A stretch of 64,000 bases of DNA from Callorhinchus milii (Eukaryota), in the NCBI RefSeq assembly GCF_018977255.1, contig NW_024704742.1, positions 49,292,001-49,356,000 of the forward strand. The letters run 5' to 3'. Each line of letters begins with the position of its first letter. The first letter of the stretch is position 1. The notes beneath the pieces are model-generated. The model was not told where the DNA came from, ran no database searches, and worked only from the letters and a program-made list of their open reading frames with translations. Both the position numbers and the translations under genes were made by a program. Shown here in pieces: positions 61,714 to 64,000 of the stretch.

Positions 61714-63211
61714 ACTGTAGCATTAAATATGGAGAACGCATCCAAAATTGATGGATTAACTGCAAAAACGGATAGAAATATGGCTGCTCTCCCTTTTGTA
61801 TTGTCTTTTTACCTGGATGTTACTCAACCTGTAAACCAGACCACAGGATTAAAACTAAACAGCTTTTGATATCTCAGTATCTCATGAATCTGTCAACAAG
61901 CTTTTGTAATGGAACCCAAGAAAATTAAATCAGTAAATTTGATATATCGCATCAGGCCTTGGTAATAAATCCAGCAAAAGCAGACAAGCTATTATCTTTG
62001 GTTGAAGTCACAAATATTGAAACATCAGTGTATCCACAGGGCCACACATTACAACTGTTCCACCTTCATGGCATAGTTAAAAAATGACAAGATCATCCAA
62101 GCTATCAATAGCTATTGTAAGATACTTCACTTCAGCCATGATCCAGAAATGGAATTTGAGGCTCATTAAGTTATCAATTTTATTAATGCTTTGTTCAATG
62201 ACAGGGCATGAAAGAAACATTGAAATTATTCTAAAGAAGCACTACACAACAGTTGCACTTATATAGCAGCTTGCATGTAGGAGACCGTCTTAAAGTGCTT
62301 TGCGCAGTCTAAATGGGAGCTCAGGTTGGAAGAGGAGGAGGGAGGAAGAAGGTGGCCAAATATATAGTGAAAAAGATAGGTTTGTAGAGGTATTGAAAGC
62401 AGAGAAAGAGCGATGGAGCAAGGTTAAACTGACTTGAAGATGTTAAATAGATATGATGAAAATCTATTGCTAGCATTAGTATCAACATTTTCCCAGCAAA
62501 CGGAAAGAAAAACTGGAAGTTTGTCATGTGAAACATTCCTAGTTGTTTTAAGTTTAAGTAAATTCCAATTGTTAATATTGCAGTGATCATTTGTGTTAGA
62601 ATCTGTTTCTGTAAAATGGGCTCTGGAATTTTGATAGTTTTTCTTGAATGATGGTGATCATTGGATTGATTAATTCTTCAATCTGACTAATTTATAGCTG
62701 CCATAATAATAAGAAGCAGTGCATCACAAGCGACTGTATTTTATTCTTCCTAGTCTGAAACCGGGGTCACAGCAAAAGAGAACTGTCGTTTGACTCCGAC
62801 TCCCATTCTTTGCAGTAATCAGATTATTGTCAGTGGAGTAATTATGTGGGGAACAGTGATTAATTTCCTTCTCACTTTCAGGCCGGAACTCTGAATATCC
62901 CACATATCCCAAAACAAGCAAAACCTGACAGCATGAGGAATAAGATACTGGTCAATAACATTTCAAAGTTGAGCATTTACTTTCTTCATTTAAAGGAGTA
63001 AAACAAGGTTTGTTTACATTCTTTGCAGCATTTGACCTTTTGTATTATTTACGTCAGTGCTGTGGAGTTAAAGCAACTATAGCATTTCCCTAGGCAATAA
63101 TTTGTTAATTTTCTTAAGTTCAAGAAATAAGTGCATTCAAGCAACCCAAGCAACATGTGAAGACTTAGCTTGATAAGATCCATAAATGTAAAAATATTAT
63201 TTCTATAAAAT

Positions 63212-63530
63212 ATAATAATCATCATTGCATTTGATGAAGTGTCTTAAGAAGCCAAAACATTCTGTTATGTGTAGTGACTGTGTATTTTTTGTGGCAGCCT
63301 AATTGCACATCATAATATTCCACAAACGACCAAACCAATGATTCATTTTATCTGCGGGTTGTTGGCCAGAATACTGAGTGAATCTCCCTTCTCTTTTCAA
63401 ATAGTATCATGGGATCTTTAACATTCATTCGAACAGTTTAACGTTTCATCTGAAAGCCAGCACCTCTGACAATGCAACACATCCCCAGCGCTGCATTGGA
63501 GTATAACCTCCATATGACTATGTGAGCTGA
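63212..63530 (-). mobile_element. Deu-domain SINE
   Basis: Reverse-complement core TTTAACGTTTCATCTGAAAGCCAGCACCTCTGACAATGCA. Confidence 0.7.
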
Positions 63531-63539
63531 AGTCGGGAA

Positions 63540-64000
63540 GTGGCGTAATGCTTTCCTGCAACTGTCGCCCCAAGCCTCAGTTTCCTCATTAGCTATCTTG
63601 CGGACAACTGCTTTCAGCGTGGTGGAAGGATCTTTACAGGACAGCGTGCAACATCCTAGCCATCTTGATGTTCTTGATGTCCAATGTCGTGTACCAGGCT
63701 TACTCAGCACCATTTGCTTAATCCAGGTCCTCATGTGAGGGGCCTTGGCAAACAGTCATGCCCACTGTGAAGCCGCCTCCGCCTCTGCCTCCAGGCCACT
63801 TTAGGACAGGTCAGTATAGGCCGGAGTCTGGAGGCGCTTTCCATGTTGCCACAAATCCACCTCACTGCTTGATCCTGGACTTTGTAAAACTGGATTAGAG
63901 GAAATTTCTATGCTCCATTCCCCAGGAGCTCGGGTCCATAAAGGAGGAGTGTTTGCACACAGGTCTTATATGCGCAAGCCTGACCTACATTGGGACCTTG
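63540..64000 (-). mobile_element. Decayed non-LTR retrotransposon ORF2 fragment (post-RT region), not of the L2/CR1 types seen elsewhere in the window
   Basis: AYKTCVQTLLLYGPELLG...YKVQDQAVRWICG, then after a frameshift AASQWA*LFAKAPHMRTWIKQMV...WTSRTSRWL. Confidence 0.65.

Noticed and set aside
41320..64000. GRXCR1, the upstream neighbour of ATP8A1 in mammals
   Set aside because: I could not recognise any GRXCR1-like peptide in the window.

Overview
Eukaryotic vertebrate genomic DNA, most likely a cartilaginous fish and probably a chimaera or elephant shark. That assignment is inferred from the repeat landscape: tRNA-head SINEs with L2-type tails, Deu-domain SINEs, and L2 and CR1 LINE fragments. 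The left two-thirds carry the first five coding exons of the P4-ATPase phospholipid flippase ATP8A1 on the minus strand (40302-40254, 9438-9324, 7710-7611, 5521-5423, 1155-1110). All introns are GT-AG and phase-compatible, and the gene continues beyond the left edge. Coding exon 1 is sandwiched between a ~6.4 kb 20-bp minisatellite, which is stop-free in all three sense frames and starts just after the splice donor, and an upstream (GTCT)n compound repeat. Upstream of ATP8A1 (about 52-63 kb, same strand) I read decayed exon-like pieces with protein-kinase subdomain V, VI and VII motifs and possible extracellular-domain relics. These suggest a receptor-kinase-like pseudogene that the ORF track largely misses. 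Other notable structures are a perfect 173-bp inverted duplication in intron 1, several nested or rearranged retroelements, and a fragment of a non-L2/CR1 LINE at the right edge. Nearly all listed long ORFs are repeat-derived artefacts. Transposon boundaries are approximate.
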